A stretch of DNA of 64,000 nt from Leptonemataceae bacterium (GCA_965227295.1 OZ245742.1:5184001-5248000), one strand, 5' to 3'; counted from the stretch's first letter, positions 28,878 to 38,953 are shown. Numbers and translations: made by a program. The notes: generated by a model from the letters alone, not told the origin.

Positions 28878-30377
28878 TCAGTTTCGATCACATACGTCGC
28901 AATTGCCGCAACGGGGTTCGTCGTCGAAGCCGAAGTACCTTGCAATCGTCACCCGCAGGCACTCATCGCTGCGTACGTATTTCACCAGCTCCGCTAACTG
29001 ACGTTGACTGTACTCTAGCTTCGCGCTGAAATCGTCCTCGTCCGTAAGTTCCGGGGGCGGTTCCGTGACGCCCTCCGCCAGACGAAACGGGTCGTCCGGG
29101 GGACGGTCCTCGTCGAAGACGCCGTACCGATCAAACAAACGCAGGGCCGTTTCCAGACGAAAGTCGCCGCGATGTTTGTAGAGCAGTTGTTCGCGCAGGA
29201 ACTCAAGGCCCAGGCCGCGGACTTTTTCCGGATCGCGGACGAGCAGTTCGAAGAGGCGCTCCACGAAGCGCGGCTCCGGATTCGACCACTTCAAAAATTC
29301 CAGCTGAATCGCCAGGTCTTCCTGGTCGTACAACAACAGACACAGCGCGTCCGCGCCGTCCCGTCCGGCCCGGCCGATCTCCTGATAATAAGCCTCCAGC
29401 GATCCCGGCACCTCGGCGTGCAATACGAAGCGAATGTCCGGTTTATCGACGCCGAGGCCGAAGGCGTTCGTCGCGAGCATAAGGCGCGCCCCGGGTTCGT
29501 TTCGTAAGAATGCGTTCAGTGTACGTTTGCGTTCTTTCGTGCCGAGTTTGCCGTGGTACACGCGGTGCTCTACGCCCTCGCGCTCCAGGCGCTCCGAGAA
29601 TCGTTCCAGGCTTTTGATCAACGCGAAATACACGATGCCCGCACCGGAACGTCCGCGCGCCACCTCCAGCAACGCCTCGATCTTCTCTTCCTCGCCGAAG
29701 CACTCGCGAATTCCCAGGCGCAGGTTCGGCCGGCGAATGCCCTGATGAAAGATGCTTACTTCGCTTCGAGTCAGCCCCAGCTTTTCGATGATGTCTTCCT
29801 GCACGTCCGGCGTGGCGGTGGCCGTCAGTGCCACGGTCAACGGCCGGCCGGCGTGTTCGCGGAACTCTCCCAGGCGCGCGTAGTCCGGCCGGAAATCCCC
29901 GCCCCACTGCGAAATACAGTGGGCCTCGTCCACGGCGAACAATGCCGTCCGGGATCGCCGTAAACTTTCGATAAACGAACGTTTGCGAAATCGTTCCGGG
30001 GTAACGTAGAGTATGTGGATCTTACCGGCGACGTAGTCGGCGATGCGCCGGTCCCGCTCCGCCGCGCTGATTGTGGAATTTACGAAATCGGCGGCGATGC
30101 CCTTCGCCTTCAGCGCCTGGACCTGATCCTGCATCAGTGCGATCAGCGGCGAAATCACGAGGGTGCCGCCCCGGCCGGCGGCGGCAAAATACAGTGCCGG
30201 CAACTGGTAGCACAACGACTTGCCGCCGCCGGTGGGCATGAGTACGAGCGAATGCGCTGCGCCGCCCTCATCGCGATTCGCCGTAAGATGGCGAATGATC
30301 TCCGCCTGGTCGCCGCGAAAGTTGTCGTAGCCGAAATGTTCGCGGAGCAAACGCCGCAGCGGATCGTCGGTACTCAT
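28878..30377 (-). CDS. recQ: RecQ-family ATP-dependent DNA helicase (short form, no HRDC domain)
   Basis: MPTGGGKSLCYQ, SPLIALMQDQ, DEAHCISQWG.DFRP, YYQEIGRAGRDG, Zn-binding C..CGNCDVC. Confidence 0.93.
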   Translation of the reverse strand: MSTDDPLRRLLREHFGYDNFRGDQAEIIRHLTANRDEGGAAHSLVLMPTGGGKSLCYQLPALYFAAAGRGGTLVISPLIALMQDQVQALKAKGIAADFVNSTISAAERDRRIADYVAGKIHILYVTPERFRKRSFIESLRRSRTALFAVDEAHCISQWGGDFRPDYARLGEFREHAGRPLTVALTATATPDVQEDIIEKLGLTRSEVSIFHQGIRRPNLRLGIRECFGEEEKIEALLEVARGRSGAGIVYFALIKSLERFSERLEREGVEHRVYHGKLGTKERKRTLNAFLRNEPGARLMLATNAFGLGVDKPDIRFVLHAEVPGSLEAYYQEIGRAGRDGADALCLLLYDQEDLAIQLEFLKWSNPEPRFVERLFELLVRDPEKVRGLGLEFLREQLLYKHRGDFRLETALRLFDRYGVFDEDRPPDDPFRLAEGVTEPPPELTDEDDFSAKLEYSQRQLAELVKYVRSDECLRVTIARYFGFDDEPRCGNCDVCDRN

Positions 30378-30462
30378 GTTACGCCATCGGCAGGCAACGC
30401 CCCCAAACATCCAGAGAAAAGTCGTTGCGAAAGTACGCTGCTTTTCGCTCTTTAATAAACAT

Positions 30463-31411
30463 ATGCGAGCGTCGCTGCCTCACGACGAAGACGAACGCCT
30501 GGCCGAGCTGCGTTCCTTCGACATTCTGGACAGTCTCGAAGAGCGCGAGTACGACGACATCACCAGGCTCGCCGCGATCATTTGCGAGACACCCACGGCG
30601 CTCATCTCGCTCGTCGACGAGGATCGACAGTGGTTCAAAAGCCGGATCGGCCTGGACGTTCGCGAAACCCCGCGCGAGTACGCCTTCTGCGCGCATGCCA
30701 TTCACGAAACGCAGCCCCTGATCATTCGAGACGCCCGGGACGACGAGCGCTTTCACGACAATCCCCTCGTCACCGGCGACCCGCGGATTCGATTTTATAC
30801 CGGCGCGCCGCTGCGAACGCCGGGCGGCCAGGCCCTGGGAACACTCTGCGTCATCGACTACGAGCCGCGGGAGTTGAGCGCGCAGCAAATCGAGGCCCTG
30901 GAAATTCTGGGGCGCCAGGTCACTCAGTTACTGGAACTGCGGCGCAAGTCTGCTCGCCTGAAAGAGGCCAATGCCGAAAAGAATCGCTACCTCGGCACCG
31001 CCGCCAACGATTTGCGCAATCCCCTGCGTACCATCCGCGATCTCAGCACGCACATCCTGGGCGACGACCTCGGCGCCGAACAAAACCAGGTTCTTCAGCG
31101 CATCCAGCATCATTCACAACGCCGTAAAGTTCAGCCGTCCGGGGGGGCGGGTCACCGTCGCCGTACAGAACGGCGGCGACACCGTGGCAATTCAGATAAC
31201 GGACGAAGGGCCGGGAGTGCCGCCGAATCGTCGGGAACGCATCTTTGAGCCGTACTACAAAAAGAACGACGACGCGGCGAAGGCCGACGGCGGCCTGGGC
31301 CTCGCCATCTCCCGGCGCATTGTACGCGAGCACGGCGGCGACATTGAAGTCGGCGGCGAACCGGGGCGCGGCGCCACCTTTACGCTGCTGCTGCCGCAAC
31401 ATTCTAATTGA
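30463..31411 (+). pseudogene. GAF-domain sensor histidine kinase with internal deletion and frameshift
   Basis: GAF (RQWFKS, AFCAHAI, RFY.GAPL), H-box reading ANDLRNPL, then HATPase (HNAVKFS, DEGPG, GLGLAI) in another frame from ~31105. Confidence 0.8.
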
Positions 31412-31498
31412 CGGTCGTCAGATGTTAAAAATACGCTGCCGATCGGTCCCCGTTATTCACGGCGGTCCTCTTTTTTAAGTATACCCAAGGAGCACCTT

Positions 31499-32365
31499 AT
31501 GCCCGCCCCAACCCTGGAACGCCCCACGGAAATCGCCACGGACGGCTTTGAGCGCAGCCCGTACAATCCGGAACGTGTCAAGGTCCGCAAAACCAGCTTT
31601 GACTTTCCGGATTCCATTCCGCAGTTGTTCGCTTCCGGAAGCCACGTCCGCACCCATCTGTTAAACTCGCTGAATCTGTTTCTACCGGTCTACGAGGCGT
31701 CCATCGCCCGTTTCATGCGCGAGCGAGCTCAGCAGGTACAGGATCCGTATCTGAAAGAACAGATCCTCGGCTTCGTCGGCCAGGAAGCGATCCACGGACG
31801 CACCCATGCAAAGTTCCACGACAACCTGCGCAAGCAGGGATACGAGATCGACAGCTATCTGAAGCTCTGCGATTGGATCCTGGTGGATCTCTTCGAAAAA
31901 ACATTTGGGCAGAAACTCAGCATCACGGCCCTGGCCGGCTTCGAACACTATACCGACATTCTGGTCGTCCTCCTGCTCGACACGGACTTTCTGGACCATT
32001 GCCATCCCAAAATCAAAGAGATCATGCAATGGCACGCGGCCGAAGAGTGCGAGCACAACAGTGTCGCCTACGAAACTCTGCGGGACCTGGACAACGGCTA
32101 TCTACTGCGCCAGTTGGGCAACGTGCTCGGACTGGGCATCATCCTGTTCTTCGTGCTCACCGGCATGGCATATCTCCTGACCCAGGATCGTCAGTGGTGG
32201 AACGCGAAGACCTGGACCGAGTTGGGCGAACTCTTTCTCGGGAAGTATCACGTGCTACAGACCATCGGTGAACTCTTCGTGCATTACGCGCGGCCGGAGT
32301 ATCATCCCGACGATGAGGACTATTCAGAGCTGGCCCGCCGGGTTCTCAATCCGACAACGGCTTGA
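31499..32365 (+). CDS. Predicted metal-dependent hydrolase (ferritin-like diiron family)
   Basis: GQEAIH..H, EHYT, WHAAEECEH; AAGGAG RBS. Confidence 0.82.
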   Translation: MPAPTLERPTEIATDGFERSPYNPERVKVRKTSFDFPDSIPQLFASGSHVRTHLLNSLNLFLPVYEASIARFMRERAQQVQDPYLKEQILGFVGQEAIHGRTHAKFHDNLRKQGYEIDSYLKLCDWILVDLFEKTFGQKLSITALAGFEHYTDILVVLLLDTDFLDHCHPKIKEIMQWHAAEECEHNSVAYETLRDLDNGYLLRQLGNVLGLGIILFFVLTGMAYLLTQDRQWWNAKTWTELGELFLGKYHVLQTIGELFVHYARPEYHPDDEDYSELARRVLNPTTA

Positions 32366-32382
32366 TTCGACAACGCCGGCGC

Positions 32383-32736
32383 TCAGAGCCGCCGGCGTTC
32401 GAGTTCCTGAACGGCGTCGTCGACGCGCGGGAAGATTTTGAAGACGTCGTCCATGCGCGCCAGGTCGAGGACGTATTCAACCACCTGGGAAAGATCGGCC
32501 AGGACCAGGCGACCGCCGTTCATCTCAAGGTCCTGGTGCAGGCCGAAGATGCGGCCGATGCCCGTGGAGCTGATATCCGTTACGTCGGTGAGTTCCAGTA
32601 CGAACTTGCGCACGCCCTTCTGGCGATGCTGGTGGACCGCTTCGTCCAGGGCGGCGATGTGTCCGAGATCCATGCGCCCGACGGGGCGCAGAACGGCGAT
32701 GCTTCCATGAGATTCGAGGCGCGATTCGATCTTCAT
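32383..32736 (-). CDS. STAS-domain anti-sigma-factor antagonist
   Basis: GRMD, L..V.DISSTGIG, F.IF..V.DA. Confidence 0.85.
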   Translation of the reverse strand: MKIESRLESHGSIAVLRPVGRMDLGHIAALDEAVHQHRQKGVRKFVLELTDVTDISSTGIGRIFGLHQDLEMNGGRLVLADLSQVVEYVLDLARMDDVFKIFPRVDDAVQELERRRL

Positions 32737-32910
32737 ATCTGAATCTTACATAAGATCGTCCTTCCCCTGTTTGTCCACTAACTTCGAATAGTCCCCGGCT
32801 CGCGGCAACCACCGCGCGCCGTCGTCGAGACCGTGAAATGAGCCGTCGAGACGGGATTTTCATGGACAGGGATGCGCCGATCCCGCGTCTTCCTCAGGGT
32901 CAGAGCGATC

Positions 32911-34722
32911 ATGGAACATCGATTTAAGATCCACCTCGAAGGCATCATCGAGATTCTCGCCAACCATCTCTACAGTTCTCCCGCGGTGTTCGTGCGCGAG
33001 CTGTTGCAGAACGCCGTGGACGCTCTCCGGGCGCGGGATGCGAATCCACCGAACGCGCGCATCGAACTGGAAGTAACCGACGGCGAACGCCCCGTGCTGA
33101 GCGTCATTGATACCGGCGTGGGGCTCACCGAAGATGAAGTACACGATTTTCTCGCGACCATCGGCCGCTCGTCCAAACGCGAGGCGCTGGAACACATGCG
33201 CTCGAACTTCATCGGCCAGTTCGGCATCGGCATTCTGTCGTGTTTCATGGTGGCGGAGGAGATCGTCGTCATCACGAAGAGCGCGGGCGATGCGGCCCCG
33301 GCCCTCGAGTGGCGCGGCAAGCAGGACGGTACCTACGAACTCAAACACCTGGAAGGCGACTTTCAGCCCGGCACCCGCGTCTACCTGCGCGCCCGTCCGG
33401 GACAGGAACATCACTTCCAGGCGGGTACCGTACGCAAGCGCGCCCTGCTCTACGGCAGCATGCTGCCGTTCCCGTTGATCCTGCGTCACGGCGAAAACGA
33501 AGAACGCCTGGACCGATTGCCGCCCTGGGAATTTCGCAGCAGCGGTGAATTCGCCGACGCGTCATCACTAAGATCTGCTGAGATGGAGTTTGCGCGCCGG
33601 GCCTTTCACGCGGATTTTCTGGACGTGATCCCCCTGGACCTGCCCGAAGCCGGCGTAGCGGGCCTGGCCTTCGTCATCGCACAACCGGTGAACCCGGCCG
33701 GCGAATCGTCGCATCGCATCTACTTAAAGAACATGCTCATCTCCGAAAAGCGTGCCGGTTTGATCCCCGAATGGGCCTTCTTCGTACAGTGCGTCGTGAA
33801 CACGCAGCGTCTGCGACCCACGGCGTCCCGGGAATCGTTCTACGTGGACGAACACCTGGAGGCCGCGTCCCTGGCAGTCGGTGCCCGCATCAAGGAGTAC
33901 CTGGCCGATCTGGCCCTGCGCCATCCCGATCGTTTTGAATCGTTGCTCTACGTGCACGGCCTGGCCCTGCACGCCACTGCGGCCCAGGACGACGCCTTCT
34001 TTCGAATCATGGCGCCGCATCTTTCGGTGGATACGAGTCTGGGTCGGCTCAGCATCGCGGAGTGCGCGGACCGCGGCGACCTGGAGTACGTCACCGATAT
34101 CTTTGAGTATCGCCAGGTGGCGCCGCTGGCCGCGGCCCGGGGAGCCTGCGTCATCAACGCCGGGTACGTCTACGTCCTGGAGTTGCTGGAAAAGTACCGG
34201 GAGTTGATTCAGCCGGACGTCGTGCTGCGTCCCGTGCGCACCGGCGAGTTCATGCACAACCTGGCGGAGGTGGACGTCGCCGAACGCGACGAGTTCTTCG
34301 ATCTCTTGCGCTTGAGCGATCGCGAGTTGCAACGCTTTCAGTGCCGCGCGGAAGTCCGGCGCTTCAGTCCGCCGGACATGCCCGCCGTCTACGCCCTGTC
34401 CGACGAAGCGCGGCGTTTTCGCCGGGCGCGAGAGAGCCGGGACCTGGCCCAGGACACGCCGTTCAGCGAGGTCCTGGACGCCATCGCCGGCCGGCAGGTG
34501 CACGACGGTTACGCCTCGCTCTACTTCAACTACGACAACGAACTCTTGCGCCGGCTGGCCGCGCGAGCGAAACACGGCGACGCCTTGATCGGCCACGCCG
34601 TGCGTACGATCTACGTACAGGCCCTGCTGCTGGGACACCACGCCCTGCGCCCGGAAGAACTGCGCCTGGCCAACGAGAGCCTGCTCGGGCTCATGGACAT
34701 CGCCTTAAGAGAAGGTGACTGA
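32911..34722 (+). CDS. HSP90-family ATPase (divergent HtpG paralogue)
   Basis: LYS..VFVRELLQNAVDA, DTGVGL, LATIGRSSK, IGQFGIG, LRPTASRE. Confidence 0.9.
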   Translation: MEHRFKIHLEGIIEILANHLYSSPAVFVRELLQNAVDALRARDANPPNARIELEVTDGERPVLSVIDTGVGLTEDEVHDFLATIGRSSKREALEHMRSNFIGQFGIGILSCFMVAEEIVVITKSAGDAAPALEWRGKQDGTYELKHLEGDFQPGTRVYLRARPGQEHHFQAGTVRKRALLYGSMLPFPLILRHGENEERLDRLPPWEFRSSGEFADASSLRSAEMEFARRAFHADFLDVIPLDLPEAGVAGLAFVIAQPVNPAGESSHRIYLKNMLISEKRAGLIPEWAFFVQCVVNTQRLRPTASRESFYVDEHLEAASLAVGARIKEYLADLALRHPDRFESLLYVHGLALHATAAQDDAFFRIMAPHLSVDTSLGRLSIAECADRGDLEYVTDIFEYRQVAPLAAARGACVINAGYVYVLELLEKYRELIQPDVVLRPVRTGEFMHNLAEVDVAERDEFFDLLRLSDRELQRFQCRAEVRRFSPPDMPAVYALSDEARRFRRARESRDLAQDTPFSEVLDAIAGRQVHDGYASLYFNYDNELLRRLAARAKHGDALIGHAVRTIYVQALLLGHHALRPEELRLANESLLGLMDIALREGD

Positions 34723-34754
34723 CTTTTAGCTGTAGGATTTTAGCGAGGAAGACC

Positions 34755-35840
34755 GTGGACTATCGCCAGGAAGTGGAGGAACTGCGACAACGCGCCGCGG
34801 AGATCGGCTTTACGGACACCGCCGTCTCGCTCATGGAACGTGCCCTGGAACTGGCCGACGCCTCGGACGATCTGGACCTCCAATACGACAGCCGCATCGA
34901 CTACATACGCATCATGAACTTCTCCGGTTTCGCCGACCGGGCGCTCACCGCCTTCGCCTGGTGCGCGGCCCGCAGCCGCGAAGATCCGGGCAGGTTTCCC
35001 GAGGACGAGCTGTGTTTCTCGAACTACCTGGTCGCCTACGACGCCGTGGATTTTCCGGAGGTGCCCCGGCGCAAACTCATGGCCATCCTCCGGGACATGC
35101 GGGGCCGCTGTCTCCGGAACGGCTGGGACGGAGCCTATTACCATGCCGCGCATCGAGTCTTCTCCGCCATCGGCGAATCCTGGCGCGCGGAGGTCTTTTT
35201 GCGCCGGGTCCTCGATCAATGGCGGTTTCCGTGCGAAGCCTGCCGGGAGAACGAGGCGGTCGACCACGCCCTGGACCTGGGCGACAACGAGCGCGCCCTG
35301 CACGCCGGTCGTGCACTGATCGATTCCGGTAAAACCTGCGAGGCGGTGCCGCGCAATACCTACGGTTCGCTGCTCGTGCCGCTGCTCGAGTCCGGGGACG
35401 GCAAACTCGCCGCCGCCTATCACCGCCGGGGCATGGAGCTCGTGGGAGACCGCCGCGGTTCCGCCGGATGCCTGCCGGATCACTTCCAGTACCTGGCCAT
35501 CGTCGGTCGTCAAGCGGCGGCCCTGGAACTCTTCGAACGTTACGCGCGTTACCAGCTGGAATCGCTTGTCCCCGCGGATCGGTACTTCTTTTATAAAGAA
35601 GGCACCTGGCTCTTGCGCATTCTGGATGGCCGCACGGAATCGCCGACGTTGCGCCTCCGTTTACCGGAGTCGTTTGAGTTGCATCGCGCGGACGATCGCT
35701 ACGAACTGAGCGAGCTGCGCGCGCACTTCGAAGCGCGGGCCCTGGAATGGGCGCGGCGTTTCGATCAACGCAACGGAAACAGTGCGAAGGAAGATGCGTT
35801 GCACGATACCGAATGGTTGGATCGTCTGCCGGGCCGCTAG
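34755..35840 (+). CDS. All-alpha (TPR-like) hypothetical protein partnered with the HSP90-like gene
   Basis: GAGG RBS and GTG start; helical; CEAC and CE.VP motifs; terminal FD.RNGN. Confidence 0.7.
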   Translation: MDYRQEVEELRQRAAEIGFTDTAVSLMERALELADASDDLDLQYDSRIDYIRIMNFSGFADRALTAFAWCAARSREDPGRFPEDELCFSNYLVAYDAVDFPEVPRRKLMAILRDMRGRCLRNGWDGAYYHAAHRVFSAIGESWRAEVFLRRVLDQWRFPCEACRENEAVDHALDLGDNERALHAGRALIDSGKTCEAVPRNTYGSLLVPLLESGDGKLAAAYHRRGMELVGDRRGSAGCLPDHFQYLAIVGRQAAALELFERYARYQLESLVPADRYFFYKEGTWLLRILDGRTESPTLRLRLPESFELHRADDRYELSELRAHFEARALEWARRFDQRNGNSAKEDALHDTEWLDRLPGR

Positions 35841-35864
35841 ATCCAGGCTTCGCCCCGCCGACGT

Positions 35865-36890
35865 CTAAGCCGCCGCCAGGAAATCCCGGCCCTCCCGCAA
35901 ACCGAACTCTCCCAACTTCGCGGCGATCAACATCCGGGCCTCGGAGCCGGATACGTACGAAACCACGAACGGACGCCGTCCGTTCTTAAGTTCTTTCAGC
36001 AGAACATTAGCATCAAACACGGGCACGCCCCGCACCGACCGGCCGATTTTGGCCGGATCGATGTCGATGAAACCGGCGAAGCCCAGGCCTTCAGCCGTGA
36101 GCAGCGGCGAAAACCGCCGCCCGATCTTACCGGCGCCCCAGATGTAGAGCGGCCGGTGAAAGTTACCGGCGCCGCGGCGGCGCAAAAAGCGCGCCAGAAA
36201 CGGCGCCTTGAGTGCGTGAAAGGCCCGCTCGCTGTAGCGCGGATCGGTGCGCGTGAGGCGACGACCGTGATCGCGCCAGACGAGCAGAGTCCGCCGGAGT
36301 TTCTCCACGACCACGCCCTGTTCCAGCAGGCGCAGCCAGAGATCGTAGTCCTCCGGAAAGTCGCCGGAGCGATAGCCGCCGGCGGCGAGGAAGACCCGGC
36401 GGCGGCCCATGACACTCGGATTCACCAGCGGCGATTCCACGAAACGCTGAACCGCGATGTCCCGGTACCGCAGCAATGCATTCTGCCAGTCGACGTAACG
36501 CGCGAAGCCGCCGGCGAATTCCAGCGCGGAGACAAACTTTACCCGGGATGAAACTAAGCCGAGGCGCGGGCGCGCGTGCAGATGGGCGAGTTGCAGTTCG
36601 AAGCGGCGGCGCAGGCTGATATCGTCGGCGTCCATGCGGGCAATGAAACTCCCGCGCGATGCTTCGAGACCGGCGTTGAACGCAGCGGCCACATCCGCCT
36701 GATCCAGGGAGAGGATCCGCAGGCGTTGATCCTCGAAACGGCGAATCTCCGCACGCGTTTGCGCATCGCTGTCGTTCTCGACGACGATCAGTTCGAAATC
36801 GCGGAAGGACTGCCGCAGCACGCTCTCGATGGCCGTGCCGATACTCGCGGCGTTACGATGTACCGGCAGGATGACGCTCAGTTCGGGCAC
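35865..36890 (-). CDS. Glycosyltransferase family 2
   Basis: SVILPV, FELIVV.N.S, ARMDADD, EDYDLWLR; C-terminal Rossmann-like WGAG..G. Confidence 0.9.
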   Translation of the reverse strand: MPELSVILPVHRNAASIGTAIESVLRQSFRDFELIVVENDSDAQTRAEIRRFEDQRLRILSLDQADVAAAFNAGLEASRGSFIARMDADDISLRRRFELQLAHLHARPRLGLVSSRVKFVSALEFAGGFARYVDWQNALLRYRDIAVQRFVESPLVNPSVMGRRRVFLAAGGYRSGDFPEDYDLWLRLLEQGVVVEKLRRTLLVWRDHGRRLTRTDPRYSERAFHALKAPFLARFLRRRGAGNFHRPLYIWGAGKIGRRFSPLLTAEGLGFAGFIDIDPAKIGRSVRGVPVFDANVLLKELKNGRRPFVVSYVSGSEARMLIAAKLGEFGLREGRDFLAAA

Positions 36891-36970
36891 GGTGCAATTT
36901 GAGTGGGGCCGCTTACGGGCGCGCGCTTTTTTTGCTTTGCGGAGCGTGCGCCGCGCCTTACATCGGAATC

Positions 36971-37747
36971 ATGTATCACGCCATCCTGGGATTTTTCGCC
37001 TGGCTCAGCCGCGGTACGCAGCACATACCCATCGGCCACGTGCCGTTGAACGTCGCCCTGTGGGTCTTCGGCTATCTCGTCGCGTCGATCTTTCTTCCGT
37101 TGGGATGTTACGTCCTCTTGCAGGTCGTGAACGGGAATACGGCACCGCTCTTCACGGACCCCGACTATCCGCCGATGAGTTATCTCGAAGCCGGACTGTG
37201 GCTCGGTGTCGGCGTCGTCGCGCTGGTCCCGGCCGTGTTCATGAGCATCAGTTCGTATCAACGGCATACGATCTTTCGCGCCTTCGGTGAAAACGAACGA
37301 CCGAAGCTGCAGCCCACGACGTCACGCCCGCCGGGGGATCCGGGCTTTACGTGTCGCGCCTCCGGCACCTTCGATGCGGACGGCCAGGAGCCGCGTTATT
37401 TCCATCACGTTCCGGTGGAAACCGGCATCACCGAGGACACGGGTTACCTGGTATTTTATCTGCAAACCGACGAGCGCCCGGCGTTCTTCGGACTCAGCGC
37501 GGGCAACGAACACCTGGCGAACCTCACGCGCATGGCCACGGTGATTCCGGAGTCCGTCTTCAGTCTGTACTACGGCACGCAGTATCTCGGCTTCACCACC
37601 GCACCGGCCCTGCGTTTTCAGTATCGGTACATTATCGACGAGCAATCCGGCAAGACCCGGGACTTTACGTTGATTGCGGCCTTCGGCAGCGAGTACGATC
37701 GGGCGAATTACATCGCCTGGCTCCAGGAACTCAAGATCATCGGATAG
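36971..37747 (+). CDS. Hypothetical membrane protein (start uncertain; ORF open from TTG at 36899)
   Basis: Hydrophobic N-terminal helices and a soluble C-terminal domain. Confidence 0.65.
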   Translation: MYHAILGFFAWLSRGTQHIPIGHVPLNVALWVFGYLVASIFLPLGCYVLLQVVNGNTAPLFTDPDYPPMSYLEAGLWLGVGVVALVPAVFMSISSYQRHTIFRAFGENERPKLQPTTSRPPGDPGFTCRASGTFDADGQEPRYFHHVPVETGITEDTGYLVFYLQTDERPAFFGLSAGNEHLANLTRMATVIPESVFSLYYGTQYLGFTTAPALRFQYRYIIDEQSGKTRDFTLIAAFGSEYDRANYIAWLQELKIIG

Positions 37748-37760
37748 TCGTGGTTCATGC

Positions 37761-38880
37761 ACGCCCCGAATCGTGGTGTAAGTTAAGGTCAGTTTGGATT
37801 AACACTCTTATGGGTACAACTGGTTCCAGCTGACGAACGGAGGTTGTGCCGGGGAATGTGGCAAGGCGGACCGGAACGGCGTCTTCTTCGTCGGAGACGC
37901 TGCGTTAGCTGATTCGCACAACCAGCGTCCGGGTCGAATGCAGCATTCTTGGCAAAACGACATACCACAACTCCCGCTTCGCTGTAGCCATAAAAACCCC
38001 TTTCCAATTCCGCGACTTACTTCATATTTCTCGCGGCAATCGTAACGAACCACGGCTCTTGAACTACCGGAAACGCGCGAGTAGTTCGCGGACGCCCCGA
38101 ATCGTGGTGTAAGTTAAGGTCAGTTTGGGTTAACACTCTTATGGGTACAACTGGTTCCAGCTGACGAACGGAGGCCATGCCGGGGAATGTGGTAAGGCGG
38201 ACCGGAACGGCGTCTTCGTCGTCGGATAAGCTGCGTTAGCTGAGTCGCAAACCGACGTCCGGGTCGAATGCAGCATTCTTGGCAAAACGACATACCACAA
38301 CTCCCGCTTCGCTGTAGCCATAAAAACCCCTTTCCAATTCCGCGACTTACTTCATATTTCTCGCGGCAATCGTAACGAACCACGGCTCTTGAACTACCGG
38401 AAACGCGCGAGTAGTTCGCGGACGCCCCGAATCGTGGTGTAAGTTAAGGTCAGTTTGGATTAACACTCTTATGGGTACAACTGGTTCCAGCTGACGCGCG
38501 GAGGTTGTGCCGGGGAATGTGGTAAGGCGGACCGGAACGGCGTCTTCGTCGTCGGATAAGCTGCGTTAGCTGAGTCGCAAACCGACGTCCGGGTCGAATG
38601 CAGCATTCTTGGCAAAACGACATACCACAACTCCCGCTTCGCTGTAGCCATAAAAACCCCTTTCCAATTCCGCGACTTACTTCATGTTTCTCGCGGCAAA
38701 CGCAACGAACCCGGCTCTTGAACTACCGGAAACGCGCGAGTAGTTCGCGGACGCCCCGAATCGTGAGTAAGTGGCGGCCAGTGTACATTAAGCCTTTTAT
38801 GGGTACGGCTGGTTTCAGCTGACGCGCGGAGGTTGTGCCGGGGAACGTGGAAAGCATAAGTCCCCGGCGTCTTCTTCGTA
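37761..38880. repeat. Tandem array of ~330-bp direct repeats (3 full copies plus 1 diverged partial)
   Basis: ACGCCCCGAATCGTG starts at 37761, 38092, 38422 and 38751 (periods 331, 330, 329); lies between convergent genes. Confidence 0.97.
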
Positions 38881-38892
38881 AAGATCCATCCA

Positions 38893-38950
38893 GCGAACCC
38901 GCGCCCCGGAGCCCGGCTCTATTCGCGGGGCGGAGCGGGTGCGGGTTCGC
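38893..38950. terminator. GC-rich hairpin just downstream of the acyltransferase stop
   Basis: GCGAACCCGCGCCC / GGGTGCGGGTTCGC stem; no clear U-tract. Confidence 0.4.
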
Positions 38951-38953
38951 GAC

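Noticed and set aside
37761..38880. CRISPR array or integron cassette array
   Set aside because: Units are ~330 bp and nearly identical throughout, with no unique spacers or cassettes, no convincing attC core sites, and no cas or integrase gene in the window
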